NCBI GenBank assembly: GCA_035502035.1
Contig: DATJUZ010000007.1
Coordinates: forward strand, 36,423-100,422
Length of the DNA stretch: 64,000 nt
Source of the DNA: Thermoplasmata archaeon
GTDB lineage: Archaea; Thermoplasmatota; Thermoplasmata; Lutacidiplasmatales; UBA184
Direction: 5' to 3'
In this document: positions 1 to 8,815 of the stretch, piece after piece
Layout: the number at the start of each line of letters is the position of its first letter
How positions within the stretch are numbered: the stretch's first letter is position 1
Notes under the pieces: model-generated
Databases searched by the model: none
What the model saw: only the letters and a program-made list of their open reading frames with translations
Told to the model about the DNA's origin: nothing
Program-made: the position numbers and the translations under genes

Positions 1-1141
1 CGAGGGAGGCGGCCGATGCGCTCGCGAGCACGGGACGGACGAGGCGGCGCGACAGGTGCGGGAGTCGCTTCGCCTCCGCGCGCCGGAAGCCGAGCGCTGC
101 GGCGAGGATGTAGCCGGGGACGACGAGGAAGCCGTACTCGTAGCCGAGGTAGTAGTAGGAGACCGCGCTGAACAGGGCGGGGAGCGCGAACGGGGCCGCG
201 AGGAGCAGCGGCCGGGGGTCGAACAGGGGCAGGAACGCGAGCAGGAGGAACGGCAGGCCGAAGAACAGCAGCAGCACCCAGGGGCCGGTCGCCGAGAAGT
301 TCGTGACGGAGAGCGAGAGCCGGGACGGCGAGAAGGCACCGTTGAGCTCCCGGAGCGTCGGGTTCACCGCGTAGATCACGGAGAAGGAGATCAGGTAGGC
401 CACGCCGCTCGCGACCGCCAGCGCGGCCGCGAGGAGGACGGTGCGGCTCCCGAGCAGCGCGCGTACGCCGGCCGAGCGCCAGAGGCCCCTCAGGTCCCGG
501 AACCGCAGCAGCGCGTAGACCCCGAGCCCGCAGACGACGAACACGGGCCCGTACTCGTAGACCGAGAACAGGTAGAGGCTCGCGACGATCGTCCAGAGCG
601 TGTTCCGCCGGACGAGCGCGAGGAGCAGGAGGAACTCGCCGAGCGGGACGAACGCCTCGAGGTGGAAGTCGTAGAGGTTCGACAGCAGCGTAAGGGGGCT
701 GAGCAGGTAGAGCGCCGCGAAGAGGCTCGGGTACGGACACTCGAGGGCCCGGCACAGGCGGACGAGGGGCAGCGCCGCGACGGCGACGACGAACGCCTGC
801 AGGAACAGGAGCGCCGGCGCCGACGGGAACAGCCGGTAGAACGCCGCGAGGGGGAACATCAGGAGCGAGCAGTGGACCCCGAAGTACGAGCCGGAAGGGT
901 TCTTGTTGAACAGCTCGGGAGTGTAGTAGAACAGCCGCCCGTGGAACGCAGCAGAGTAGAGCGCCTGCTGCATGATCCCGAGGTCCCAGGCGTACGTCTG
1001 TCCGATGAAGTAGCGGTACGTCGAGAGCGAGCCGATGACGAGGGTGTAGGCCGCCGCCATCGCGAGGGGAACGCGGTACGAGCGGACGACCGCCCCGAGC
1101 CGGTGCCCGCGGCCGCCGCCGGAGCGCTCCCCCCGGGACAT
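1..1141 (-). CDS. DUF2079-like polytopic membrane protein (partial, C-terminus beyond left edge)
   Basis: This minus-strand ORF runs off the window edge, so it is absent from the ORF track. My translation from the ATG at 1139-1141 reads MSRGERSGGGRGHRLGAVVRSYRVPLAMAAAYTLVIGSLSTYRYFIGQTYAWDLGIMQQALYSAAFHGRLFYYTPELF... It has many hydrophobic helices. The YAWDLGIxxQALYS motif resembles DUF2079. Confidence 0.7.
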   Translation of the reverse strand, partial: MSRGERSGGGRGHRLGAVVRSYRVPLAMAAAYTLVIGSLSTYRYFIGQTYAWDLGIMQQALYSAAFHGRLFYYTPELFNKNPSGSYFGVHCSLLMFPLAAFYRLFPSAPALLFLQAFVVAVAALPLVRLCRALECPYPSLFAALYLLSPLTLLSNLYDFHLEAFVPLGEFLLLLALVRRNTLWTIVASLYLFSVYEYGPVFVVCGLGVYALLRFRDLRGLWRSAGVRALLGSRTVLLAAALAVASGVAYLISFSVIYAVNPTLRELNGAFSPSRLSLSVTNFSATGPWVLLLFFGLPFLLLAFLPLFDPRPLLLAAPFALPALFSAVSYYYLGYEYGFLVVPGYILAAALGFRRAEAKRLPHLSRRLVRPVLASASAASL

Positions 1142-1147
1142 CGCCGA

Positions 1148-2014
1148 CTAGCTCCGGCGAAAGACGAGCAGCGCGAGGCCGTTCGCCCTCGGGAACGGAG
1201 GCCGGTCCACCACCTTGTCGATCGGGCCGCCGTAGCGCACCGCGGCGGCCTCTTCGAACGAGCACTGGGCCCAGCGGTTGTCGAACGAGATCCGGCGCAG
1301 GAAGGTCGCGCGGTCCGGACGCAGCGCGCCGGTCCGCAGGCCGTCGTCCAGCCAGCGGTTGTAGCCGAGCGGCACGGTGACCCATGCCTCCCCTCGCGCG
1401 CTCAGCCAGGAACGCAGCCGCTCGACGGTTCGCGGGATCTTCCCACGGTCCCGAGGCACCTCGTCCCAGCCGACATGCTCGAGCGTCGAGACGCTGACGA
1501 CCAGGTCGAGCGGGGCGGGAGGGGTGTAGTCGACGACGTCCTGGTTGATCACGTTCGGTCCGACCTCGTACTTGTCGATCACCCGGTGCCCCGTCGCGCC
1601 GTAGTGTCCGAGGACGTTGCCGAACTCGAGCGTCCGCGCGGGGTCGGCGTCCCGGAGCCGGTCGAGCCCGAGGGGGACCTCGACGGTCCGTTCGGTGCCC
1701 CAGGCGTGGTTGAAGTCGGAGTAGGAGTACGGCAGCGCGCGACCGTCCACGACGAACGGTTCCGAGCCCTTGGCGATCGACGCCTCGTGCATCGCCCGCA
1801 TCGCCGGGGAGGCGAACTCGAGCTCTTCGGCCCGCTGGAGCAGCCGCGAGAGGTCCGGGCTCCGCAGCGCCTCGAGGAAGAGCCGCGGGTGGCGGAAGGC
1901 GGCGCGCGCGTACCGGCCCTTGAGGTAGTAGACGAGCCCGAGGACGCGCTCCCGGACGCCGGAGGGGCGAACGAACGACAGGCCCTCGCCGCCCGCCGTC
2001 ACGCCGGTGCTCAT
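1148..2014 (-). CDS. class I SAM-dependent methyltransferase-like protein
   Basis: From ORF 1148..2086. I prefer the internal ATG (MSTGVTAGG) at 2014. LEFGNVLGHYG and DLVVSVSTLEHVGWDE resemble methyltransferase motifs. It is co-directional with the GT4 and DUF2079 genes. Family assignment is tentative. Confidence 0.6.
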   Translation of the reverse strand: MSTGVTAGGEGLSFVRPSGVRERVLGLVYYLKGRYARAAFRHPRLFLEALRSPDLSRLLQRAEELEFASPAMRAMHEASIAKGSEPFVVDGRALPYSYSDFNHAWGTERTVEVPLGLDRLRDADPARTLEFGNVLGHYGATGHRVIDKYEVGPNVINQDVVDYTPPAPLDLVVSVSTLEHVGWDEVPRDRGKIPRTVERLRSWLSARGEAWVTVPLGYNRWLDDGLRTGALRPDRATFLRRISFDNRWAQCSFEEAAAVRYGGPIDKVVDRPPFPRANGLALLVFRRS

Positions 2015-2060
2015 GGCGCTCCGTCGGGCGTGTCGGGGCGGCTCCGACGGTCCGCGAAGA

Positions 2061-3500
2061 TCATCTCGGGCGTTGTTCGACCCCACCGACGGAGAGGAAG
2101 CCGGCCGGCCGGGCCGAGAGCGGCGGAACGCCCTCCTCGGTCGTCTCGCGCTCGACCCCCGGGGCTACGCCGGGCTCCGCCATCGTGGCGGCGCGGAGGT
2201 AGCGGACGACGGAGGTCGTCACCGGCGAGGGCACGGGGACGGTCTCGGCCGGGGTACCCCCCGTGACGCTGAGCAGACGGTCGTAGACCGCGAGATACCG
2301 GGCGGCGATCGCGGAGGGCGTGAGCAGGGCGAGCTCGCGCCATCGGGCCGCGGGGTCGACGCGCGGTGCCTGGACGGCGGGCCAGATCGCCTCCGCGAGC
2401 GACGCCGGGTCGCCGGTCGGGCAGTAGCGGACGCCTTCCATCTGCTCGTAGCCGCGCAGGCGCGGGACGTCGGTCAGGACGAGCCGGGCCGAGAACGAGA
2501 CCCCGAAGTCGAGGACGCTGCCGCTCGTGCCGATGATCCCGTCGTCCCGGAACGGGAGGACGATCACGTCCGCGAGGCGCTGCAGGTAGGCATACTCGGG
2601 CGCCCGGACGTAACGGTTCTCGAGCTGGACCGCCCCGCGGCCGGCCTTCCGTGCGATCCCCCGCAGCCGCTCGAGATACCAGCGGGCGCTCAGCTGCGAG
2701 GACTCGATCCCTCCGACGATCGTGAGCTGGAGGTCGCGGCCCCGGTCGACGAGGAGTCCGATCGCCCGGATCAGGTCCTCGAGCCCCTTGTAGGGGACGA
2801 GCCTCCCGACGCAGATCACCTGGGGGACCGACGCGACGCGCTCCCGTGCCTCCTCCGCCTCCGGCGGGGCAGGCGGGGGGGCGTCGGTGCACGCCCCGAG
2901 CGGGATGTGCCCGAGGGATCGCAGGGTGGTGTGACGGCGCAGCCAGGCAAGCGCCTCCGGCGAAACGACGGCGACCTCGTCCGCGGTCCGGAGCGCCCGC
3001 GCGAGCAGCGCCGCCGAGAGCGGCGCGGAGAGCCGGTCGACGATCGGGGGGAAGCTCACCTCGGCGCCGAAGCGGGAAGCCAGGTAGCGGACCGGGGAGG
3101 CGACCACGCTGTGGAGGGTGACGACCGTGCGGACGCCGCGACGAGCGAACCCCTCGAGCAGCCGAGCGAGGACGGCGAAGCTCTTGATCGGGTGGCCGAA
3201 CGTGAGGTAGTTGAAGTGGAGGTGCGCGACCTCCGGGCGGAAGCGGTCGCTCTCGGCCAGGACGTTCGCGACCGTCCGTCGGACCGGGTCGTTGCGGCTC
3301 CAGACCCTGCGCACGGTCAGGGCGGGGCTCGGGGGCGCGTCCGAGGACGTCTCGAAGCCGACGTCGTACGACGCCTCGCTCGCCGCCACGACGACGGAGG
3401 CCTCCGGGCGGCTCCGTACGACCGCCTCCGCCCAGGCCCGCGCGCGCAGGCCGTTGCTATCGTCGCTGGGGGGGTAGGGGGCCACGACCAGGAGCTTCAT
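2061..3500 (-). CDS. GT4-family glycosyltransferase
   Basis: From ORF 2061..3650. The plausible start is MKLLVVAPYPP (ATG at 3498-3500). VGRLVPYKGLEDLIRA and VLPFRDDGIIGTSGSVLD match the GT-B / GT4 pattern. Confidence 0.8.
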   Translation of the reverse strand: MKLLVVAPYPPSDDSNGLRARAWAEAVVRSRPEASVVVAASEASYDVGFETSSDAPPSPALTVRRVWSRNDPVRRTVANVLAESDRFRPEVAHLHFNYLTFGHPIKSFAVLARLLEGFARRGVRTVVTLHSVVASPVRYLASRFGAEVSFPPIVDRLSAPLSAALLARALRTADEVAVVSPEALAWLRRHTTLRSLGHIPLGACTDAPPPAPPEAEEARERVASVPQVICVGRLVPYKGLEDLIRAIGLLVDRGRDLQLTIVGGIESSQLSARWYLERLRGIARKAGRGAVQLENRYVRAPEYAYLQRLADVIVLPFRDDGIIGTSGSVLDFGVSFSARLVLTDVPRLRGYEQMEGVRYCPTGDPASLAEAIWPAVQAPRVDPAARWRELALLTPSAIAARYLAVYDRLLSVTGGTPAETVPVPSPVTTSVVRYLRAATMAEPGVAPGVERETTEEGVPPLSARPAGFLSVGGVEQRPR

Positions 3501-3686
3501 GTTCGAACCACCGCACCTGGACGGTCCCCGTCGAAGCGTTGCCTGAACGGGCGCCCCCCGGAGGGCGACCGACGTTGACACCGGCCCTGCGTATTTTACC
3601 CCTGTCCTCGGAGCGCTCGGAGTTCGGCAGGGCGCCGCGGAGCGTCGCACCGCGTCGGGCCCGCGGCGCCCGGCGCGCGCGGGCGA

Positions 3687-4331
3687 CTAGCGGTCGACGT
3701 ACGCGCTCGGCCCCCCCGGCGGCTCCGTGCCCTGCGACGCCGCCGCGTCGAGCTCGCGATGGACCGCGTCGATCACCTGGCTCGTCCGGAGGGAGCGCGG
3801 GCCGACCGACACCGGCGGGACGCCGCTCTCGCGGAGCACCTCGAGCTCCGCGGGGGTCGGGTCGAACGGGTCCGAGACGAACGCCGCGACGCTCGACCGG
3901 CCGCGGGCGAGCTCGCCCAGGGGCCGGCCGTCCTCGCGGAGCCAGAGCGCCCCGTCCTGGCGGAGGAACCCCCTCAGCACGGCCAGCGGGTCGGCCGGTC
4001 CGACCCGGAGCCCCGGGGACGCTTCGAACTCGGAGGGGTAGCGCGCGGCCCCCACCAAGGCGTTCTTGAGGAGGGCCGCTGTCGACCGCTCGTCCGGGTT
4101 GAGGTGCCGGAGCTTGGCTCCGAGCATCTCGATCCTTCGGGCCGCCGGGGGCGGGTCGCGCGCGAAGACGACCGTCACCTCCGTGTCCCGCCGCAGGTCG
4201 TTCGAGAGCGTGAACGCCGTCGAGACGGCCCGGGCGATCTCGTCCATGCGGCCGGCGCCGCCGGCGAGGTCGTTGAGCGTGAAGACGCCGTCCGGCGGGA
4301 CCTTGTGGGCGACGAGCAGGAACCGGCGCAC
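3687..4331 (-). CDS. trmY: tRNA (pseudouridine54-N1)-methyltransferase TrmY
   Basis: From ORF 3687..4490; the N-terminal 53 aa are Arg/Ser/Pro junk. A GTG at 4329-4331 gives VRRFLLVAHKVPPDGVFTLNDLAGGAGRMDEIARAVSTAFTLSNDLRRD...LNPDERSTAALLKNAL, which matches the TrmY/DUF358 pattern. Confidence 0.75.
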   Translation of the reverse strand: MRRFLLVAHKVPPDGVFTLNDLAGGAGRMDEIARAVSTAFTLSNDLRRDTEVTVVFARDPPPAARRIEMLGAKLRHLNPDERSTAALLKNALVGAARYPSEFEASPGLRVGPADPLAVLRGFLRQDGALWLREDGRPLGELARGRSSVAAFVSDPFDPTPAELEVLRESGVPPVSVGPRSLRTSQVIDAVHRELDAAASQGTEPPGGPSAYVDR

Positions 4332-4368
4332 CGCCCGCCGAGAGCGGCGGGCGGTTAACGGCTCCGGC

Positions 4369-5034
4369 CTACGGCTCGAGGACGGAGCGCCGCGGCCTCG
4401 GAGGCGCGGCCGGGACCGCCGGGGTGGTCGGCTGGCGCCGCTCCAGCCAGATCTCGTCGGAGAGCTCGTGGTAGACCGCATGGTCGGCAAGTCCGGTGCC
4501 GCGCTCGCCGTGGGGCAGCCGGTAGGCGCCCGAGCGCTGCATGTTCGGCGAGTAGACGACCTCCTGCTCGCCGGCCGCGGCCATCGCGGCGGACTCCTCG
4601 CGCGCGAGCTCGAAGATGCGATCCTTGCGGAACATCCAGTAGTGGATGCGCCACTCGCGACCGTCGTAGAGGGTCGTCTCGTCGCGCTCGGTCTCGAGGA
4701 TCCCCGTGTCCTCGAGCATGTAGAACGTGTCCCGGTCGTCCGGTTCGAGGACGTTGTCGATGATCCGCTCGTTGAACCCGAAGAAATTCAGCACGTGGGC
4801 AGCGATCGACCGCGCATCCTCCGACCGCATCCCGTCGTGGCCGACGGACCGCCGGATCGCCTTCGCCAGCGAGTCGAAGTCGACGGGGCCGCTCGGCGCG
4901 GCGAGCGTCTCGTCCTCGGGAATCCCGGCCCGCGTGGTCGCGAGGTCCTGGGCGGTTCGCAGCGGCAGCGGATTCCGGAGCGTGTAGCGCGCCGGGCCCT
5001 GCGGGCTCGACGGGCGCCCTCCCGTGCCCGACAT
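4369..5034 (-). CDS. conserved-looking archaeal hypothetical protein
   Basis: From ORF 4369..5184, starting at the internal ATG (MSGTGGRPSS) at 5034. A TATATATA box lies 25-32 nt upstream. The core looks globular: AAHVLNFFGFNERIIDNVLEPDDRDTFYMLEDTGILE...GREWRIHYWMF. Confidence 0.65.
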   Translation of the reverse strand: MSGTGGRPSSPQGPARYTLRNPLPLRTAQDLATTRAGIPEDETLAAPSGPVDFDSLAKAIRRSVGHDGMRSEDARSIAAHVLNFFGFNERIIDNVLEPDDRDTFYMLEDTGILETERDETTLYDGREWRIHYWMFRKDRIFELAREESAAMAAAGEQEVVYSPNMQRSGAYRLPHGERGTGLADHAVYHELSDEIWLERRQPTTPAVPAAPPRPRRSVLEP

Positions 5035-5058
5035 GCTCGTGACTATCCTGAGTGTCAC

Positions 5059-5066
5059 TATATATA
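5059..5066. promoter_or_regulatory. TATA box (TATATATA) in a divergent promoter region
   Basis: This perfect TATATATA is the most AT-rich spot for kilobases. It lies 25-32 nt upstream of the minus-strand ATG at 5034, which suggests a leaderless transcript. A second TTTATC at 5081-5086 is flanked by a direct CTCGAGCG repeat. Confidence 0.45.
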
Positions 5067-5252
5067 CATTCGTCGAGCGCTTTATCTCTCGAGCGACCCG
5101 GGAGGTCTCGCCGGCGGATCGAGCGCCGGGGGGCGTGCCCGGACCCGTCTCCTGGGAGTGGGTGCGGGAGCGTTCGCGACGCACCCCGGGTACTTGGCCG
5201 GGACGTCAAATACCATCCGGCCGCTGGGGTGGACCCCCCGCGGGAGGCTGGG

Positions 5253-5822
5253 ATGGCGCCGAAGGGACGTCGTATTTCGAGGGTCGCGTACTGGTTCGCC
5301 GGTTTCATGTCGATCGCCCTGATCGCCGGGTTCGCCGTCGGGGCGCTCACCTTCGGGACGTTCGGCAACTCCCCGCGACAGACGAGCGCCACGAGCGTCA
5401 CGCCGAACGCCCCGACGGGCGTCACCTTCCCGCTGGTCGAGGCGACGATGGTGACGGCGTCCTCGAGCCCCGCGACCGGCGACTGCGCCTCCTCGAACCT
5501 CGGCACCGCCGGGGCCCCGACCGCGCTCGCGAGCGGGACGAACACGACGATCTGCCTCTCCACGGCCGCGGGTGGCTACGCGCTCGGCGACCTCACCTAC
5601 ATCCTGGACGTCGAGTGGGACACGACGGCCGACGCCGCCACGACGTTCGAGGTCCAAGTGTTCTTCGCGGTCACTCCGACGGCCAACGACGTCGTGCAGA
5701 CCGCCTACGTCCAGACCTCCGGGACGATCACCAGCCCCGAGGTCGGGGTCTTCGCGCTCGACCTGACCCAGTCCGGCGACAACTCCGTGACGGGGTTCAC
5801 CGTCATCGTCACCGAACTGTAG
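5253..5822 (+). CDS. membrane-anchored or secreted Thr/Ser/Ala-rich hypothetical protein
   Basis: From ORF 5052..5822. The internal ATG at 5253 is preceded by GGGAGG. The N-terminus MAPKGRRISRVAYWFAGFMSIALIAGFAVG is a signal anchor, followed by a beta-rich TSA-rich domain. Confidence 0.6.
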   Translation: MAPKGRRISRVAYWFAGFMSIALIAGFAVGALTFGTFGNSPRQTSATSVTPNAPTGVTFPLVEATMVTASSSPATGDCASSNLGTAGAPTALASGTNTTICLSTAAGGYALGDLTYILDVEWDTTADAATTFEVQVFFAVTPTANDVVQTAYVQTSGTITSPEVGVFALDLTQSGDNSVTGFTVIVTEL

Positions 5823-5834
5823 CGGGCCGCGCGG

Positions 5835-6413
5835 CTACAGGACGACCCGGCGGCCCCGCCCGACGCGCTGGAGGGCGGCGACCGCCGGACGCCACTCCTC
5901 GTCCTCGATCCGGAACTCGAGTTCGGCGAGTCCGTCGAACCCCTTCGGGAACGGCAGCAGCGACCGGGCCACGTAGACGTGGGCGAACGGGCCGCTCGAC
6001 GGACCGCTCCACGGCTTGCCGGCGTCGACGACCGACCGGAACTCGTAGTACTCGGGGGCGGGGACCAGCCAGACGAGCGTGTCGTCCGTGCCCTTCACCC
6101 GGTCCCCGCGCGAGTAGACCTTGAGCCCGAGGTGCTCGGTCACCGAGCCCGGCAGGGTGAAGAGGAGCCGCTCCCCCGGCCGCGCGGTCGCGAGCAGGCG
6201 GTTGCGCACCGTCTCGACCGCGAGCGCCTCGCGGGCAGGATACGTCGCGATCACCCGGGCGAGGCCGGCCCCCCGCGCGAGGAACGAGATCGAGCGGGCC
6301 GCCGTGCCCCCCGCGTCGACCCCGGGGTCGTAGCAGATCAGCTGCGCGACCTCCGTCGGGAGCATCATCGTCAGCCAGCTCGGGTGCTGGGCGCGGACGA
6401 TCACGTACTCCAT
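5835..6413 (-). CDS. hypothetical protein
   Basis: From ORF 5835..6701. The start is MEYVIVRAQHPSWL (ATG at 6411-6413). A TTATAT element lies about 22 nt upstream at around 6434-6440. The sequence is non-repetitive and looks globular. Confidence 0.6.
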   Translation of the reverse strand: MEYVIVRAQHPSWLTMMLPTEVAQLICYDPGVDAGGTAARSISFLARGAGLARVIATYPAREALAVETVRNRLLATARPGERLLFTLPGSVTEHLGLKVYSRGDRVKGTDDTLVWLVPAPEYYEFRSVVDAGKPWSGPSSGPFAHVYVARSLLPFPKGFDGLAELEFRIEDEEWRPAVAALQRVGRGRRVVL

Positions 6414-6504
6414 CGGCGTGTCGAGCCGCCGGACGATATAAGAAACCTGTTGAGGCCTTCCGGTCGGGGTGAAACCCGCCGGCCGGGAGGCTCCGGCGCG
6501 CCCG

Positions 6505-6738
6505 TTACCCTCGCGAGGAGCGGCCGAGAAAGACCCCTCCGAGCCAGACCGCGAGGATCCCGATGCCGGCGAGCGCCGCGATCCGCTCGAGCGAGCCGGG
6601 AGCGGTCGGGAGCGCCCCCCCGAGGACGAACAGGCCCACGAACGTGAGGACCAGCCCGAGCGCGATCCGCCCCTTCGGGCCGAGCCGCCGGCGCGGGGCA
6701 CGGGGGGGACCCGCGGAGGGGCTGGTGGTCTCCGCCAT
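6505..6738 (-). CDS. small two-helix membrane protein
   Basis: A 77-aa ORF with two hydrophobic helices: RIALGLVLTFVGLFVLGGAL and IAALAGIGILAVWLGGVFL. It lies between co-directional genes. Confidence 0.45.
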   Translation of the reverse strand: MAETTSPSAGPPRAPRRRLGPKGRIALGLVLTFVGLFVLGGALPTAPGSLERIAALAGIGILAVWLGGVFLGRSSRG

Positions 6739-6780
6739 CTCCGGGGACGGGTCGTCGTCGGATATGAGCCCGCTCGAGCC

Positions 6781-8106
6781 CTAGCGGCCGGCGGTCGGCT
6801 CCTCCTCGCCCGGGGGGTACGGCGGCAACGACGCGGAGATCCAGGGGCGGGGCCGCTCGCCGGCGTCGGTCGGGCCGGCCGGGGAGACGTGACGCAGGAA
6901 CGGCCGGGCCCCGATCGGGGCGAGGAGGGTCGTCACCAGGCCGACCCCCGCGACCACCGTGAACGTTCCGGTGCTGAAGACGCCCACCGACAACAGGATG
7001 ATCGCCATCGCGAGCTCGACCGCGCCACGGGTGCTGACGAGGAAGCCGGCCCCGAGCGCATCCCGGCCGGACCATCCGAGCGCCCGCGAGAGGCCGCCCC
7101 CGACGAGCACCTTCGAGGCGAAGGCGAACAGGCAGAGCCCGGCGAACGGCAGGTAGACCTCCGGGGAGCTCGCGAGGGCCCGCAGGTCCATCCCGAAGCC
7201 GACGAGCGCGAAGAACAGGGGGATGAAGAACCCCCACGTGAGGGCGTCGAAGACCCGGGTGATCTGGCGGTGCTCGCGCGCGCCGACGCTCTCCGGGGTG
7301 ACGAGGAGGCCGGCGTAGAAGACCCCGACCAGGAACGTCAGGCCGATCGCCTGGGAGTAGAGCGCGGAGGCGAGTCCGCCGACCATCAGGATCGCGAAGC
7401 CGGCCTCGCGGGACCGCCACTCGAAACGGACCCGCGAGACCCACCGGTCCCAGATCCGCAGCTGGCGCAGCGCTCGGAGCGCGTGATGCACGGCGAAGAT
7501 CGAGGAAAGGAAGACCCCGACGGTCACGGCGCCGATCGCCGCCGAGAGCCACGGGCTCGTGGCCGGGTTCGTCTCCACCCGCAGCAGGACCGAGAACGCC
7601 GTCACCGCCGCGAGCTCGTTGATCAGCGACGCGTTCAGCAGGTAGATCCCGAAGCGGCTCCGGAGCAGGCGGAACTCCTGCAGCATGATCGCGAGGACGG
7701 GCAGCGCCGTGATCGAGATCGTCAGCGAGACGAACAGGGTCGTCGTCCACGGCAGCGCAGGATAGAGGAGCCTCACCACGGCGGCCCCCGCGAGGAACGG
7801 GACGACGAACATCCCGACCCCGAGCACGCCGGCCGAGACGCCGGTCGAGGCGATCTGCTCCGGGGTGACCGCGAGGCCGGCGGTCATCAGCACGAAGAAC
7901 GTCGCGAGGACCTCGAGGCCGGTAAGCTCCGTCGTGACGCTCGTCAGGCCGAGCAGCGGCCCGAGGAGCGTCGGGCCGAAGACGATCCCGACGGCGAGCT
8001 GTCCGACCAGCGCGGCCTGCCCGAGCCGGCTGACGAGCTCCCCGGCGACGACCGCGCAGGCGACCAGGAGGAACAGCGAGACGATCAGGACCGTCGTCGA
8101 GTCCAT
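6781..8106 (-). CDS. cation:proton antiporter (CPA2 / Kef-NapA type)
   Basis: A 441-aa polytopic protein. The N-terminus VACAVVAGELVSRLGQAALVGQLAVGIVFGPTLLG and the later GFLVSTRGAVELA are typical of Na_H_exchanger family proteins. Confidence 0.85.
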   Translation of the reverse strand: MDSTTVLIVSLFLLVACAVVAGELVSRLGQAALVGQLAVGIVFGPTLLGPLLGLTSVTTELTGLEVLATFFVLMTAGLAVTPEQIASTGVSAGVLGVGMFVVPFLAGAAVVRLLYPALPWTTTLFVSLTISITALPVLAIMLQEFRLLRSRFGIYLLNASLINELAAVTAFSVLLRVETNPATSPWLSAAIGAVTVGVFLSSIFAVHHALRALRQLRIWDRWVSRVRFEWRSREAGFAILMVGGLASALYSQAIGLTFLVGVFYAGLLVTPESVGAREHRQITRVFDALTWGFFIPLFFALVGFGMDLRALASSPEVYLPFAGLCLFAFASKVLVGGGLSRALGWSGRDALGAGFLVSTRGAVELAMAIILLSVGVFSTGTFTVVAGVGLVTTLLAPIGARPFLRHVSPAGPTDAGERPRPWISASLPPYPPGEEEPTAGR

Positions 8107-8273
8107 CGTTCGTGGGTCCGGTGCGACCCCGGGACGCGCGGCCGGGAACCCCGCGAGGGCGCCGAGGGTCCGGCCGGACGACCGCGGCCGAGAGGGGCCG
8201 GCTCCTTTCGGCTAACTATGTTTCCGTTGGACGCGGCCTGAGCCGCTAAGGGGCCCCCCGTTCTAGGGGCCGC

Positions 8274-8717
8274 GTGCCGGCCCCTCGCTCAGGCCCGGAG
8301 CGTTCGAAGGGAGACCCCGACGAGGCGGTCGCCGCACGACGGATGCGGGCCGCCGAGGAGCCGCTGGACGTCCGATGGCGGATCAGCTCGCCGTTCGCCG
8401 AGCTCGAGGTCAGCAACCCGCTCCACCGGACGCGCTACCGGGTCTTCCTCACGCAGTATCCCGAGCGCGAGGGGGCGCTGTGCACGTGCACCGACTTCGC
8501 TCGCCGGGGGCTTGGGACCTGCAAGCACCTCGAGGCGGCGTGGAGCTGGGTCGCGGCCCATCCCCCCGAGGCGACGACGGGAGAGCCGCCGCCGGGGCTG
8601 GGGCCGCTCTGGAGCCGCCTCGAGCGGGAGAGCGCTCGCCTGGCGCGTCGCGGGCCGCAGGAGATCCGGGACGTCGAGGCGGTCGGTCGTCCGCTCTGCG
8701 AGCCGTTGCGGTCCTGA
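8274..8717 (+). CDS. SWIM zinc-finger protein
   Basis: CTCTDFARRGLGTCKHL fits the SWIM CxCx(n)CxH signature. The listed start is GTG; an in-frame ATG at 8343 is an alternative. Confidence 0.7.
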   Translation: MPAPRSGPERSKGDPDEAVAARRMRAAEEPLDVRWRISSPFAELEVSNPLHRTRYRVFLTQYPEREGALCTCTDFARRGLGTCKHLEAAWSWVAAHPPEATTGEPPPGLGPLWSRLERESARLARRGPQEIRDVEAVGRPLCEPLRS

Positions 8718-8815
8718 GGGACGAACCCGTCCGGGGTCGCGCCGGCCTTCGGGTGCGGGAGGAGGCGGCGGAACGAAGAGGGGGAAACGGTTGGCCGCGG
8801 GGGGGGAGACGGCCC

